This document shows positions 50,322-60,806 of a DNA stretch of 64,000 nucleotides, piece by piece; within the stretch, counting starts at the first letter, position 1; each line of letters begins with the position of its first letter. Source of the DNA: Candidatus Poribacteria bacterium (GTDB taxonomy: Bacteria > Poribacteria > WGA-4E > WGA-3G); NCBI GenBank assembly GCA_965242965.1, contig OZ251518.1:2720001-2784000 (forward strand), given 5' to 3'. Below the pieces are notes generated by a model. The model searched no databases and had not been told where the DNA came from. It saw only the letters and a program-made list of their open reading frames with translations. The translations under genes were made by a program, and so were the position numbers.

Positions 50322-51348
50322 ACCGTAGCGCGGGGGCCTGTCCCCCGCGAACGTTCGATCCAAACGAAAAACGTCGCTTGGAACGTAGCGCGGGGGCCTG
50401 TCCCCCGCGATCTACCGACCTAAACGAAAACCGTCCGCAGCCCAAGGGCCCCGGACGGTTTCTGTTAAGACCGAGGCACGGCGAGGGACAGGCCCTCGCC
50501 CTACGATTCGGGGGGACGGTTCGGACAACTAGGAAAGAAAAAGCATATTAAGGTCCTACAGACCTTAGCGTGCCGTGCGTTGCAGCTGCTATAGACATTA
50601 AGGTCTTACAGACCTAAAGAGACTTTCGGCGCAATAAAAACCCCTAATCTTGAAAATCTTGGAAATCTTGGAAATCCTGCTCCAGACCGAGGCATGGCGA
50701 GGGACAGGCCCTCGCCCTACGGTGATAGGGGCAATCAAGCATGGCGAGGGACAGGCCCTCGCCCTACGGTTCAGCGGCGTGGTTCGGATAGCCACGAGAT
50801 AAAACGCACATTAAGGTCCTACAGACCTTAGCGTGCCGTGCGTTGCAGGATGCTATAGACATTAAGGTCTTACAGACCTAAAGAGACGTTTTATCGCGAT
50901 AAAACCCCCGAATCTTGCAAATCCGGAGCAGGATTCTCACGGTCACACCTGTCAAGACAATCAGGTTTTCCTGATTGTCCCTCTTCAGGTTTCCCTGATC
51001 GTCCCTCTTCAGGTTTCCCTGATCGTCCCTCTTATCACGATTCTCACGATTATAGGTTCTGATGCACCAACACCCCGTGGCCTGCCACAACCGCGCCGGC
51101 GTACCAGATCCCTAATCCTGTGAAATCCTGTGAAATCTTGGAAATCTTGCAAATCCTGCTCAATCTTGCTCATCTTGAAAATCTTGGAAAATCAGAGCAG
51201 GATTATCACGGTCACGCCTGTCAAGACGATCAGGTTTTCCTGATTGTCCCTCTTGACAAGATTTCCAAGATGAAGACGCTAATCCTGCTAATCTTGAAAA
51301 TCTTGTAAATCCTGCTCATCTCTTGAAAATCTTGTAAATCCTGCTCAT
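50322..51348. repeat. REP cluster, two-box modules, 24-bp tandem x3 and AATC(C/T)TGnn 9-mer arrays
   Basis: CAGGTTT(T/C)CCTGAT(T/C)GTCCCTCTT three times (~50962-51033). 9-mer arrays at ~50647-50680 and 51114-51348. Confidence 0.85.
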
Positions 51349-51408
51349 ATTCGGCGAAGCGGAGTTCTATCTATATCCGCCTGTGTTTTCAAAAGAACAT
51401 TTTTCACT

Positions 51409-51437
51409 TGACAAAAAACGGAAAATAGGCGACAATT
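51409..51437 (+). promoter_or_regulatory. sigma70-type promoter for the Omp85 cluster
   Basis: TTGACA-17-GACAAT. Confidence 0.5.
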
Positions 51438-51498
51438 TTCTTACTCGGACTGAATCGTCCTATAACAACAAAACCTTTGTTGATTACGGAGCTCTGCA

Positions 51499-53328
51499 AT
51501 GAAAAATGTTTCCCTTATCCTCTGGCTCCTGCTGTGCATCGGGCAGGGAGTCGTCAGTGCCGAGACAGGCACGGTGGCGTTTGATTACCCGGACGCGCCG
51601 GAGCCGCTCTTCCAACTCAACTTCAATCGGGAACTCATCGCGCTCGTCACAACTGATGAACGCTTCAGAGCAGTGGAGAACCTGTCTCTCCACACCTACG
51701 CTGCCGAGGATGACGTTTTCGATGCATTCGTCCGTTATTACGGGGAAACGTTGAAGGCGAATGGGTGGCACACCTTCGCGGAAGCAGAGGACATGCACAT
51801 CTACGTTCTGGCAGCATCGGATTTACCGGGCATCTTCGCCATTGTGAAAAACGGCGCAGAGGTATCGCTACTCAACATCGTCGGCGCACTGGCAGAAAAC
51901 CGTATGGCGGCAGTGCTGCGTAACCTCCATCTGCTCGGCATTGAGATACCCGCGCTGAAATCGCTTAAAGGACAAGAAGCCGCAAACGAGGAGGTTCCGA
52001 CAGCATCGCGCGACTCAGTGAGTATTTCAACGGCAGCCAACCCAACTCAACCTGCATCGCCATCGAAAACCTTCACTTACAAACCGGATGGTGGCATAGG
52101 CGGACCCGGTATCAGGTTCAACCGTGTCACCGGTTGGGAACTCAGTGCCATGTTCAATTACAGGATACCGGGTATCCCAATTTCAGACGATAAGCAAAAA
52201 CCGAGAATTGATGGCATAGCGGGTTATGGGTTTGGGAATAGGCTACTCAGCTATGACATTACCCTAGACATGCCGCTGATGTCATATTCACGAAAACAGG
52301 TGAGTGCTTCGGGTGGAACGATAACCCGGCATAGGATATTCGGACTCGGATTAAGGGCGAAAATGTTTCGCAAAATGGATGTCATTACCCCAAACATTGC
52401 TATCGCCCAACGCGCGGACGCTAGCAATCCCTTCGGGCTCTTGTATAGCCTCTTCGGTGGGGCAGACCTGCACGACTACTACCTACGAAACGGGTTTGAG
52501 ATAGGGCTCCGCTGGGAAGGCGGACGACAACAAGTTCCGATGCATGCCGCCACGCTGACGTTTTTCGCCGAGACGCACGAAAGCCTCCCAAAAAGCACCG
52601 ATTGGCATTTCCTCAATTGGCAGTCAGCGCGGAAAGCGCGGGAAAATCCGGAGATAACGGATGGGCGGATGCGGAGCATCGTCTTGCAATACGATTTCAA
52701 CACGCGGGCGTTGAAAGAGGATGAACTCGCGCGCAGCACAAACCATCACCTTGAAGACAGGCAAAATACGCAGGCTTTGCAAGATGCGATTGCGCACAGC
52801 AAACTGCATCACCTCGGGTGGCACAACACGTTCCTCGTTGAGTCTAGTCAGCCCGCGCTCGGCTCAGATTTTGATTTTACGCGGTATCAGCTGCACCTAC
52901 GGTATGCACATCCGTTAGGCAGCCACCACATCCGGGCGCGGGCGATAGGCAGTTTTGCTACAGCCGCCTTGCCAATTCAACGCCAATTCGCTATCGGCGG
53001 ACCTGGGACGCTGAACGGTTATCCCCTCTATGAGTTTGCCGGCGACCGGGGTATCCTCGCCAACGTTGAATTTTTCTATCGGGTGCCTAATATATCTGCC
53101 CCTGCATTTCAATTTGAGTCTGATTTCCCGACTTTTGTCGTGCCGTTTCTTGATAGCGGACAGGTATGGAATGCACACGGTGAAAATGATGCCTCTGAAC
53201 TGAAAAGCAGTGCCGGCATCGGCCTGCAAATCGGGGAAGACAATTTTATTTTACGCGGCAACGTTGCGAAAGCGTTTGAAGCAAAACAAGGGATGCAATT
53301 CAATCTAATCTGGTTTTACAGTTTTTAG
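51499..53328 (+). CDS. Omp85/BamA-TamA-like beta-barrel with an N-terminal DUF4252-like domain
   Basis: Signal peptide. 'QF.IGG.GTLNGY', 'FLDSGQVW', 'SAGIG' and terminal aromatic 'WFYSF'. Confidence 0.75.
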   Translation: MKNVSLILWLLLCIGQGVVSAETGTVAFDYPDAPEPLFQLNFNRELIALVTTDERFRAVENLSLHTYAAEDDVFDAFVRYYGETLKANGWHTFAEAEDMHIYVLAASDLPGIFAIVKNGAEVSLLNIVGALAENRMAAVLRNLHLLGIEIPALKSLKGQEAANEEVPTASRDSVSISTAANPTQPASPSKTFTYKPDGGIGGPGIRFNRVTGWELSAMFNYRIPGIPISDDKQKPRIDGIAGYGFGNRLLSYDITLDMPLMSYSRKQVSASGGTITRHRIFGLGLRAKMFRKMDVITPNIAIAQRADASNPFGLLYSLFGGADLHDYYLRNGFEIGLRWEGGRQQVPMHAATLTFFAETHESLPKSTDWHFLNWQSARKARENPEITDGRMRSIVLQYDFNTRALKEDELARSTNHHLEDRQNTQALQDAIAHSKLHHLGWHNTFLVESSQPALGSDFDFTRYQLHLRYAHPLGSHHIRARAIGSFATAALPIQRQFAIGGPGTLNGYPLYEFAGDRGILANVEFFYRVPNISAPAFQFESDFPTFVVPFLDSGQVWNAHGENDASELKSSAGIGLQIGEDNFILRGNVAKAFEAKQGMQFNLIWFYSF

Positions 53329-53369
53329 GAAAAAAAGTTATCCAAAAAACGTAGTCATCGCCAACGGCG

Positions 53370-54695
53370 ATGACGGATTACGTAAAGAAACCTCCTTTGC
53401 AGAGAAAACCTCTATCGAACGCCATGCGAACAACAAAAATGCGAAAACAGATAAACCGCTCCCTACTCATCTCACTGGCTATCCATATCGGCTTGATGCT
53501 AGCGGTATCGCCGTTCCTCGTGAACCATCTCCATGAAACGAAGGGAAGCATTTCCGTTGAGATACTCAAGCCGGAACCCGAGAAACAGCGGCGGCAGCGC
53601 GTGCTGCAGCAACGTCCGCCGGTGACTCCGCAAGTTTCCAAACAGGCAGAAGCATCGCTGTCTGCGCCGGCTGCGTCAACTTACGCGCCACAAGTCATCG
53701 CGCCCAAAGCACCGCAGCACGCGGATGTTGCCCCGGAGATAGTCACGCACGCCGAGATACCGCAGACAGACGCGCCGGCTCTCCCAAATGCGAGTTTTGG
53801 CGATGGGAAGACAGCGGCGGGTCCGGTTGTCATTGAAGGTTCGCAGGGTGCAGGATACGGCGGCCCCGGTGGGCGTGGCACCGGCGGCAGCGGCAGCGGA
53901 AACGGCATCGGCGGACGCTTTATCAAACGCACGCAGGCAGACGAACCGGGGTTAATTGACATTAAAAATACCGGTACGGGGCTCGGCATTTTTGACACTA
54001 CCGTGATGCCGGGACACGGATTAACCGCCGATGTCTACGTGCTTGAAGGGGGTAGTTCAGCCTTCTCTGTTTATGTCAACGATGAACGGGTGCTACATAT
54101 CGGCAACGGGCCCATTGCGGTGATGCCTAACTTTGAACTTTTGACACCCATCTATACGTTTGTAACCGCAAATCTAAATGTGCCGCCGAGAGAGTATACT
54201 GAGGGATTTCCCTCTCCAAAACAGCAGAATATCGTTGAGAATTTCGCTATCCGCTTTCGCGGGCAACTGGCAGTTGACACGCCGGGGGAATGGACGTTCG
54301 CGCTTTATTCGGATGACGGCTCAAAGTTGTTCATTGATGGACAACTCGTTGTCGATAACGACGGTATCCACGCACCGCGGTTTGAAGGAGGTAGCGTGAA
54401 GTTAACAGCAGGTATGCATCCTGTTGAGATTCACTATTTCCAAGGCCCGCGACATATCATCGCGCTGCAATGGTTCTATCTCCCACCAAACGGATTTCCA
54501 GATGGCGAAGCCCGGCACTCCCAAAGCCAACGATTCACAAGCGGCACACAAAATTCCCATCACCATTCGCTCACTACCGCTGGGAGGATTGTGCCGCCGG
54601 AACTTATCTATGCACCCGGCGCGACTCGCGTTCCGGATGCGTTGAAGAAGTTGCAGCAGCGGCTCAGCGAGGTTAAGAAGGAAGAAAAACGGTAA
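53370..54695 (+). CDS. Membrane-anchored PA14-domain protein with TonB-like Pro/Gly-rich linker
   Basis: 'SLLISLAIH' TM anchor. 'ENFAIRF.G.L...TPG..TF.L.SDDGSKLFIDG..VVDNDG.H'. Start uncertain. Confidence 0.8.
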   Translation: MTDYVKKPPLQRKPLSNAMRTTKMRKQINRSLLISLAIHIGLMLAVSPFLVNHLHETKGSISVEILKPEPEKQRRQRVLQQRPPVTPQVSKQAEASLSAPAASTYAPQVIAPKAPQHADVAPEIVTHAEIPQTDAPALPNASFGDGKTAAGPVVIEGSQGAGYGGPGGRGTGGSGSGNGIGGRFIKRTQADEPGLIDIKNTGTGLGIFDTTVMPGHGLTADVYVLEGGSSAFSVYVNDERVLHIGNGPIAVMPNFELLTPIYTFVTANLNVPPREYTEGFPSPKQQNIVENFAIRFRGQLAVDTPGEWTFALYSDDGSKLFIDGQLVVDNDGIHAPRFEGGSVKLTAGMHPVEIHYFQGPRHIIALQWFYLPPNGFPDGEARHSQSQRFTSGTQNSHHHSLTTAGRIVPPELIYAPGATRVPDALKKLQQRLSEVKKEEKR

Positions 54696-54819
54696 CCCAT
54701 TTTCACCCGTTCTTTCACCGTAGCGCGAGGGCCTGTCCCTCGCATCGCATACACCGTTCTTTCACCGTAGCGCGAGGGCCTGTCCCTCGCATCGCATCAG
54801 AATGGAAAGGAGATCTCGC

Positions 54820-57264
54820 ATGAAGCCCGCTATAGCCTTTAACAACCTTTATCGGAATCGGTGCCTTGCCTTCATCGCGTTCCTGTTGCTAAGCTGTCAG
54901 CCGACGCACGCGCAATCAGCACTCGGCTACGTCGCGTTCGATTGCCCGAATGCGCCAGCCGCCGAATTCCAATTCGATTTGGATAAACGCGTCATCGCGC
55001 TCGTCACGGAAGACCCGGGTTTTAAAAGCATTCCATTGTTCAAGACGTTGGAGGCTTTACACCTCCGCCACTACCGAAACCGAAACGTGGATTTGCCGGA
55101 GATGCATCGGTATTATCGCGAGGTGCTAACCGCGCTCGGTTGGAACCGGCTCAAGGAGGCCGTTCCGAAAACCGATTCGGAACTACATCTCTATACGCTT
55201 CGGCAAGGCGACAGCGTCTTCGGCATTTTTGTCATCGTCGAAAGTGATGGAGGCGTTTACCTGATTAACATCGTCGGCGAGATGCCGGCGGGACAGGTGC
55301 GCGAACTGTTACGCAACCTCCAACTCCTCGGTATTGAAATCCCTGAACTGATGACGCTAGGACAACTCACTGAGGTGCAGATTGTGCAGCTCCCGAAAGA
55401 ACAGGAGCCAGAAAAAACCGCGCCGAGGAAAGCAGAAACCGGCGAAGAGGAACCGTCATTGACTGAAAGAACCGCGCAGCCTTCTCTCAGCAAAGAAACG
55501 CGAGCCCCCTCGCCGTGGAGCTACCAAGGCAAGCCGATTTATGTTCTTAGTTATGTTGGCACACCAGAGCAGCACGCCACGATGAGCAAGGTGCTTAGTG
55601 AGGGTTCAGGAGACATCGAAAAGGTGCTGCCAGTCATCCGCACGCTCATGCATCCAAAGCCGATATCTCTCCGAGTTGAAGGAGAAGGCACTGAACGCAC
55701 GGCTGTCATTACCGTGGTGGCACCGGCATACAGACTGAAATCGTTGACGATTTCCGAATCCGGGACAGTCCGAGAGCAAGAATCGGTGGATGCACATTTA
55801 GGTGGGAATCAAGGCAGGGAGAGCTCACCTACTGCAACGCGGTTTCGGGATGCAGGCGCGCCTATTCATGAACTGCACATCCGAGGGAATCAGAAAATCG
55901 AGGAAGCACACATTCGGAAGACGCTTAACAATGCCTCACCGGACATTGAAAAGGCATTGGATACGCTGTTTCGCGCGATGCCCTATTTTCATCAGGTGAA
56001 ATTGGATATTAACAAGGAAGGCGCGAGGCGCATCGCGACTATCACCGTTGACGAAAAACGGCTATCTACTGATGCATACCTCGGGCTGAATCCACCGTTC
56101 CGTTCGGGGTTTAACCGCGTTACGGGATGGAGAATCGGCACGGGCTTTGAAGTTGGGAAACGCAAACAGGTAGGACCGCTGTGGATGTGGAGCATCGAAG
56201 AACGGGAGGGCAATCCTACATCAAAACTTTTTGGGAAGGTAGATTATGCGTTTGGCAACCCGCGTCTCCACTACCGAGTCGGTGGAACTGCGAATTGGGG
56301 AAAACCTTACGTCTGGAATCTGGGGCTAACCGCACAAATCCATCGCGATACCGCCGTCATTGCCCCGGAAATTTTTCCGCATAACACCCGCGGTCTTTCC
56401 CAATTTTATCGTGTTTTGGGGGGACTCGATTTTCAGAACTACTATTTGCGGCAAGGCGTTGCGCTCGCCTTCCGATGGACACCGGTGATGCCGACGCACG
56501 CGTTCAAAATCAGCATGGCGGCAGAAACTCACGATAGTCTGCAAAAAAGCACGGATTGGACTGTCGCCAACTGGACATCGGCGCGGGAAACGAGAGGGAA
56601 TCCATTGATAACCGCCGGGGACATGCGGAGCCTCGCGTTCCAATACGATTTTAACACGCGAAACAAAAATCTCGGTTGGCACAATACACTCCTCGTTGAG
56701 CATAGCAACACCGCCTTCGGTTCCGATTTCGATTTCACGCGAGCGCAATTGCATTTCCGCTATGCCTTCCCACTTGGCAGCAACCGCATCCGCACCCGAT
56801 TGTTGTTGGGTTACGCGAACGCGTCGCTGCCACTCCAACGCCAATTCGTCGTCAGCGGAACGGGTGGGTTGCGAGGATATCCGCTGTTCGCCCCTGCAAA
56901 CGAGTCGGAAAGGAGAACCACTTCAAATTGGTATCGGCACTCCCTCTATGCCTTTGCAGGCGATGGCGGCTTTCTGTTCAACCTTGAATATCACTATCGG
57001 TTGTCAAACCTATTCAATCGCGACTTTTTCAACGCTATGTTTGCGGTTTTGTTCCTTGACGAGGGACAGGTGTGGCATGAAACCGATAAAAATTTTCGCT
57101 TTGACCCGGAGGCGAATATCGGTATCGGTTTCCAACTCGGCGAAGAGGATGCCGTTTTCAGATTGAACCTCGCTACACCTTTGCGCGCCAATTCGCCTGC
57201 GAACAAGCGGCTTTCGATGGGCTCCGGGTTTGTCATCACCTCCATCTGGTATCAGGATTTTTGA
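54820..57264 (+). CDS. Second Omp85-like barrel with DUF4252-like and two POTRA-like domains
   Basis: RBS AAGGAG. Paralogous to 51499. 'IHELHIRGNQKI', 'GG LRGY', 'FLDEGQVW' and 'WYQDF'. Confidence 0.75.
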   Translation: MKPAIAFNNLYRNRCLAFIAFLLLSCQPTHAQSALGYVAFDCPNAPAAEFQFDLDKRVIALVTEDPGFKSIPLFKTLEALHLRHYRNRNVDLPEMHRYYREVLTALGWNRLKEAVPKTDSELHLYTLRQGDSVFGIFVIVESDGGVYLINIVGEMPAGQVRELLRNLQLLGIEIPELMTLGQLTEVQIVQLPKEQEPEKTAPRKAETGEEEPSLTERTAQPSLSKETRAPSPWSYQGKPIYVLSYVGTPEQHATMSKVLSEGSGDIEKVLPVIRTLMHPKPISLRVEGEGTERTAVITVVAPAYRLKSLTISESGTVREQESVDAHLGGNQGRESSPTATRFRDAGAPIHELHIRGNQKIEEAHIRKTLNNASPDIEKALDTLFRAMPYFHQVKLDINKEGARRIATITVDEKRLSTDAYLGLNPPFRSGFNRVTGWRIGTGFEVGKRKQVGPLWMWSIEEREGNPTSKLFGKVDYAFGNPRLHYRVGGTANWGKPYVWNLGLTAQIHRDTAVIAPEIFPHNTRGLSQFYRVLGGLDFQNYYLRQGVALAFRWTPVMPTHAFKISMAAETHDSLQKSTDWTVANWTSARETRGNPLITAGDMRSLAFQYDFNTRNKNLGWHNTLLVEHSNTAFGSDFDFTRAQLHFRYAFPLGSNRIRTRLLLGYANASLPLQRQFVVSGTGGLRGYPLFAPANESERRTTSNWYRHSLYAFAGDGGFLFNLEYHYRLSNLFNRDFFNAMFAVLFLDEGQVWHETDKNFRFDPEANIGIGFQLGEEDAVFRLNLATPLRANSPANKRLSMGSGFVITSIWYQDF

Positions 57265-57266
57265 AC

Positions 57267-58028
57267 ATGCGATTTTTAACAGTCTTTACACGCGAAAAAA
57301 TATGGCACGCCTTCATCGGAGTCGCGCTCCTACTCCTATGCGGAGCTCCCGCGCTGCCCAACGGCGAAAGCGAACGGTATGATTTCACCTTCGTCCGCCT
57401 CAAATACGGAGGGCAACTCACTCGGCGGAGTAGTTGGCGGGTGGATTGGCCCGCGTCCGACAGGAATTTCATCTGGCAACTCCGAAAACAGACGCATATC
57501 GATGCCAATCCGCGCGAAAAGATTCTTGAGGTAGGTTCGGAGGCACTGTTCCTCTATCCGTTCGCGTATATGTTGGAAGTGGGAAGTCTTCGGTTGAGCG
57601 ATGCAGAGGCGGCAAATCTGCGGGAGTATCTTTTGCGAGGCGGGTTCATTTTCATTGACGATTTCCACGGCGAACGCGAATGGCGGCTCTTTTATCGGGA
57701 GCTGAAAAAGATCTTTCCGGAACGTGAACCGGTGGATATTCCGATTTCGCATCCTATCTTCCGCTGCTTCTTCAAAATTGACAAATTGATGCAGATTCCT
57801 GGTCTGCGTTCGCTTTTCAGCGGCCGCACCTACGAACGAATTGATGGGTATCCTGCCTACTGCCGCGGTGTATTTGATGACAAAAACCGGCTCATGATGA
57901 TAATCCACTTCAACAGCGACTTAGGCGATGCCTGGGAGCATGCCGCTGAAGATTTTTATCCGCGCGAGTATTCGGATATGGCGTTGAAAATGGGGATTAA
58001 CGCCGTTGTCTATTCGCTCACGCATTAA
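57267..58028 (+). CDS. DUF4159 family protein
   Basis: Motifs 'FTFVRLKY', 'W.VDWP.SD', 'YPFAYM', 'LREYLLRGGF...DDF', 'DLGDAWE' and 'MGIN.VVY.LTH'. Confidence 0.85.
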   Translation: MRFLTVFTREKIWHAFIGVALLLLCGAPALPNGESERYDFTFVRLKYGGQLTRRSSWRVDWPASDRNFIWQLRKQTHIDANPREKILEVGSEALFLYPFAYMLEVGSLRLSDAEAANLREYLLRGGFIFIDDFHGEREWRLFYRELKKIFPEREPVDIPISHPIFRCFFKIDKLMQIPGLRSLFSGRTYERIDGYPAYCRGVFDDKNRLMMIIHFNSDLGDAWEHAAEDFYPREYSDMALKMGINAVVYSLTH

Positions 58029-58079
58029 ATCGTTTTTCCACAGTGACATCCGTTGACTGAATATGTTATCATGTTACCT

Positions 58080-58973
58080 GAGAGTGTTTCATATTTCGAT
58101 GCGTTCGGTAGGAGAAACCTCCTGGTCTTGATTTCTTTGCTGTAGGAGAGACCTCCCGGTCTCGATGCTGCCAGACTTGCAAACTACAACGGTAGGCTTA
58201 TTCTCTTGGGCAGGCGTGCCTTCTCTTGATCCGTTCGGGAGCGGGTGCTCCCGAACTACAGATCCGGGGCATGAGCATGATCGCGGGGGACAGGCCCCCG
58301 CGCGACGATAAAAAACGGCCCCTTGCCGCGTAGGGCGAGGGCCTGTCCCTCGCCAAGCACCGGCGGGGGACAGGCCAAGCAGGAGCAGGATTTACAAGAT
58401 TATCACGATTAGCAAGAGAGGAGCAGGAGACTGTAGTTCGGGAGCACCTGCTCCCGAACGGGACATGGCGAGGTGGACCTCTTCCGGGCCCGTAGCGCGG
58501 GGGCCTGTCCCCCGCGATCGCACGATCTGCGAGAAAAACCACCCGCCAGCCAAAGCCGTTTCCTGTTCCGATCGAGGCACGGCGAGGGACAGGCCCTCGC
58601 CCTACGGGCCGCGGCACGTTTTTTCATAGTAGCGATCGTCCGACCCGCGCGAAAAACGCACGCAGACTAACGCTATTTCCCTCCCGACCGAGGCACGGCG
58701 AGGGACAGGCCCTCGCCCTACGGTCAGCGGCAAGTTTTTCTACCGCAATCGCCCGACCCGCGCGAAAAATGCACACCAGCCAAAGCCGTCTCCCGTTCCG
58801 CGCCGGCGGGATGGATTCTGGATCCTAAAAAAATTTAACTAGGAAAGAAAAAAGCAGTGTGATATACTGTTCATGTCAGGAAACTTCATAGGGTGTCTCC
58901 TAAAATGTTTTTGGTTCTTCATGCTAGGATACTCCATCTCCTAACGTTTTTCAACGATTTATGAAACACCTTC
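58080..58973. mobile_element. MITE-like element, 894 bp, 9-bp target duplication ATGTTACCT
   Basis: GAGAGTGTTTCATA ... TATGAAACACCTTC. ATGTTACCT at 58071-58079 and 58974-58982. Confidence 0.85.
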
Positions 58974-59019
58974 ATGTTACCTGGGCTCAATAACATACCA
59001 TGATGGAGGGAAATCTCTG

Positions 59020-60153
59020 ATGATTATTAAACGGCTCATCGCCCAAAATTGGCGGAATTTTCAACACATTGATGTCCAGTTAAGTGAACGGCAGTTCATC
59101 GTCGGGCCGCCTGCATCGGGCAAGTCCAATCTGCTTGACATTTTTCGATGCCTGCGTGAGATTGCAGCAGAAGAAGGCGGCTTCCAGAACGCCATCGCCG
59201 CGCGCGGCGGCACCGCGCAAATCCGATGCTTCACCGCTAAACCCGATGCAGCCATCGCACTTGAACTTCACCTCGCGCCCAACGCAGCAGCACCGGCGAC
59301 ATGGCGATATGCCATCGGCTTCTGTCAAGTGCCTCCGACGCTCACGCATGAACGGGTGTGGCACGGGAATAAACTGCTGCTCGCACGCCCAACTGCAGAA
59401 GACGCAAACACGCCTGAGAGGCTCCACCAAAGTGCTTTGGAACCGAATAACTGCAACGCCGATCTTGACGAACTCACACTTTTTTTACAGTCAATCACCG
59501 AGTTGCAGGGGGCACCAAAACTCTCCGAACCTCCCCATTTGCTTCAGGAGACCGCGGCGAATGGACACCCTTCACGGACGATGCTGAACGGATTGCTTGA
59601 AAGAATCGCCACTGCTGACGAAGAAACTCGCCGGGCACGCCTGAAAACGATTGAAGAGGGACTCACCCTGGCAGTGCCACAGTTTGCGCAATTGGCATTT
59701 ATACGCGATGCTGTCACGGGGCATCCACATTTGCAGGCCCGGTATTCGCATTGGCCCCCACAGGCGGGGTGGCAGCGCGAAGACCTGTTTTCCGATGGCA
59801 CGCTGCGGCTCATCGGATTGTTGTGGGCACTGCTTGAAAGCGAGACGGTGCTCTTGATAGAGGAACCAGAACTTTCGTTGAATCCTGAAATTGTCTCGCA
59901 ATTCGCACCGATGTTCTGGGGAATGCAAGCGCGGAAAGAACAACAGGTTTTGATTAGCACCCAAAGCGATGTGATGCTGGCAGAACCCGGCATTGATAGC
60001 ACGGAGGTGCTCATGCTCACACCAACAGAAACGGGGACAGCGGCGAAATTAGCCGCCGATATTGAGGACGTGCAAGCCCTTCTGAACGCAGGACTTACAG
60101 CGGGCGAAGTCGTGTTTTCAGGATATGCCGAACCACTGAGTTTATTACAATGA
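59020..60153 (+). CDS. ABC-type (AAA_21/AAA_15-like) ATPase
   Basis: 'NWRNF', Walker A GPPASGKSN, signature 'FSDGTLR', Walker B 'IEEPE' and 'ISTQS'. Confidence 0.85.
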   Translation: MIIKRLIAQNWRNFQHIDVQLSERQFIVGPPASGKSNLLDIFRCLREIAAEEGGFQNAIAARGGTAQIRCFTAKPDAAIALELHLAPNAAAPATWRYAIGFCQVPPTLTHERVWHGNKLLLARPTAEDANTPERLHQSALEPNNCNADLDELTLFLQSITELQGAPKLSEPPHLLQETAANGHPSRTMLNGLLERIATADEETRRARLKTIEEGLTLAVPQFAQLAFIRDAVTGHPHLQARYSHWPPQAGWQREDLFSDGTLRLIGLLWALLESETVLLIEEPELSLNPEIVSQFAPMFWGMQARKEQQVLISTQSDVMLAEPGIDSTEVLMLTPTETGTAAKLAADIEDVQALLNAGLTAGEVVFSGYAEPLSLLQ

Positions 60154-60806
60154 GTTTAAACAGAGTTATCCTGGCAGTTGAGGACAGGTTGAGCGAAGCC
60201 GTTGCGACGAAAATTCTCAATAATTCGGGTTTTGAAATCGTGAGAAAATCGGGGCAGCCAAGAGGTTCTCTCCTGAAAGGAAAATCGCACCTCCAAAAAA
60301 TAGCACCGGAATTCAACCGTTCCGCCGCAGGCCCCAACTATTTCTTTATGTTAACAGATTTAGATTCTCCCCAAGATTGTCCTGCGAACCTGATTCAATC
60401 TTGGGTGAGAAGCCCACTACATCCTAGATTTTTCCTGCGCGTTGCAGTGATGGAAGTAGAATCTTGGGTGATGGCAGACCGGATAGCTATCGCGGCATTC
60501 CTAGAAATACCACTCGCTCAGGTTCCCTCTCGGACAGACGAAATCCTTCATCCCAAGGAATTTCTCGTGTCATTTGCCAGGAAGAGTCCCTCCGCCAAAT
60601 TACGAAAAGAGCTCGTTCCGGGAAGAGGCAGACGCAGCTTAAACATAGGGCCGGGATATAACAGGTGCCTGAGCGATTTTGTCAGCGACGCTTGGGATTT
60701 AGCACGCGCCGCCGCTGTCTCACCAAGCCTGAAAAGAACAGTAGACCGGCTCCACAGCGCACAACCGGCGCAAGCAACACAAAGCAACGTAGACGTTCCC
60801 TCATGA
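60150..60806 (+). CDS. DUF4276-like TOPRIM-related protein
   Basis: Motifs 'AVED..SE', 'LTDLD', 'EVESW..AD' and 'SPSL.R'. ATGA overlap with the ATPase gene. Confidence 0.75.
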   Translation: MSLNRVILAVEDRLSEAVATKILNNSGFEIVRKSGQPRGSLLKGKSHLQKIAPEFNRSAAGPNYFFMLTDLDSPQDCPANLIQSWVRSPLHPRFFLRVAVMEVESWVMADRIAIAAFLEIPLAQVPSRTDEILHPKEFLVSFARKSPSAKLRKELVPGRGRRSLNIGPGYNRCLSDFVSDAWDLARAAAVSPSLKRTVDRLHSAQPAQATQSNVDVPS

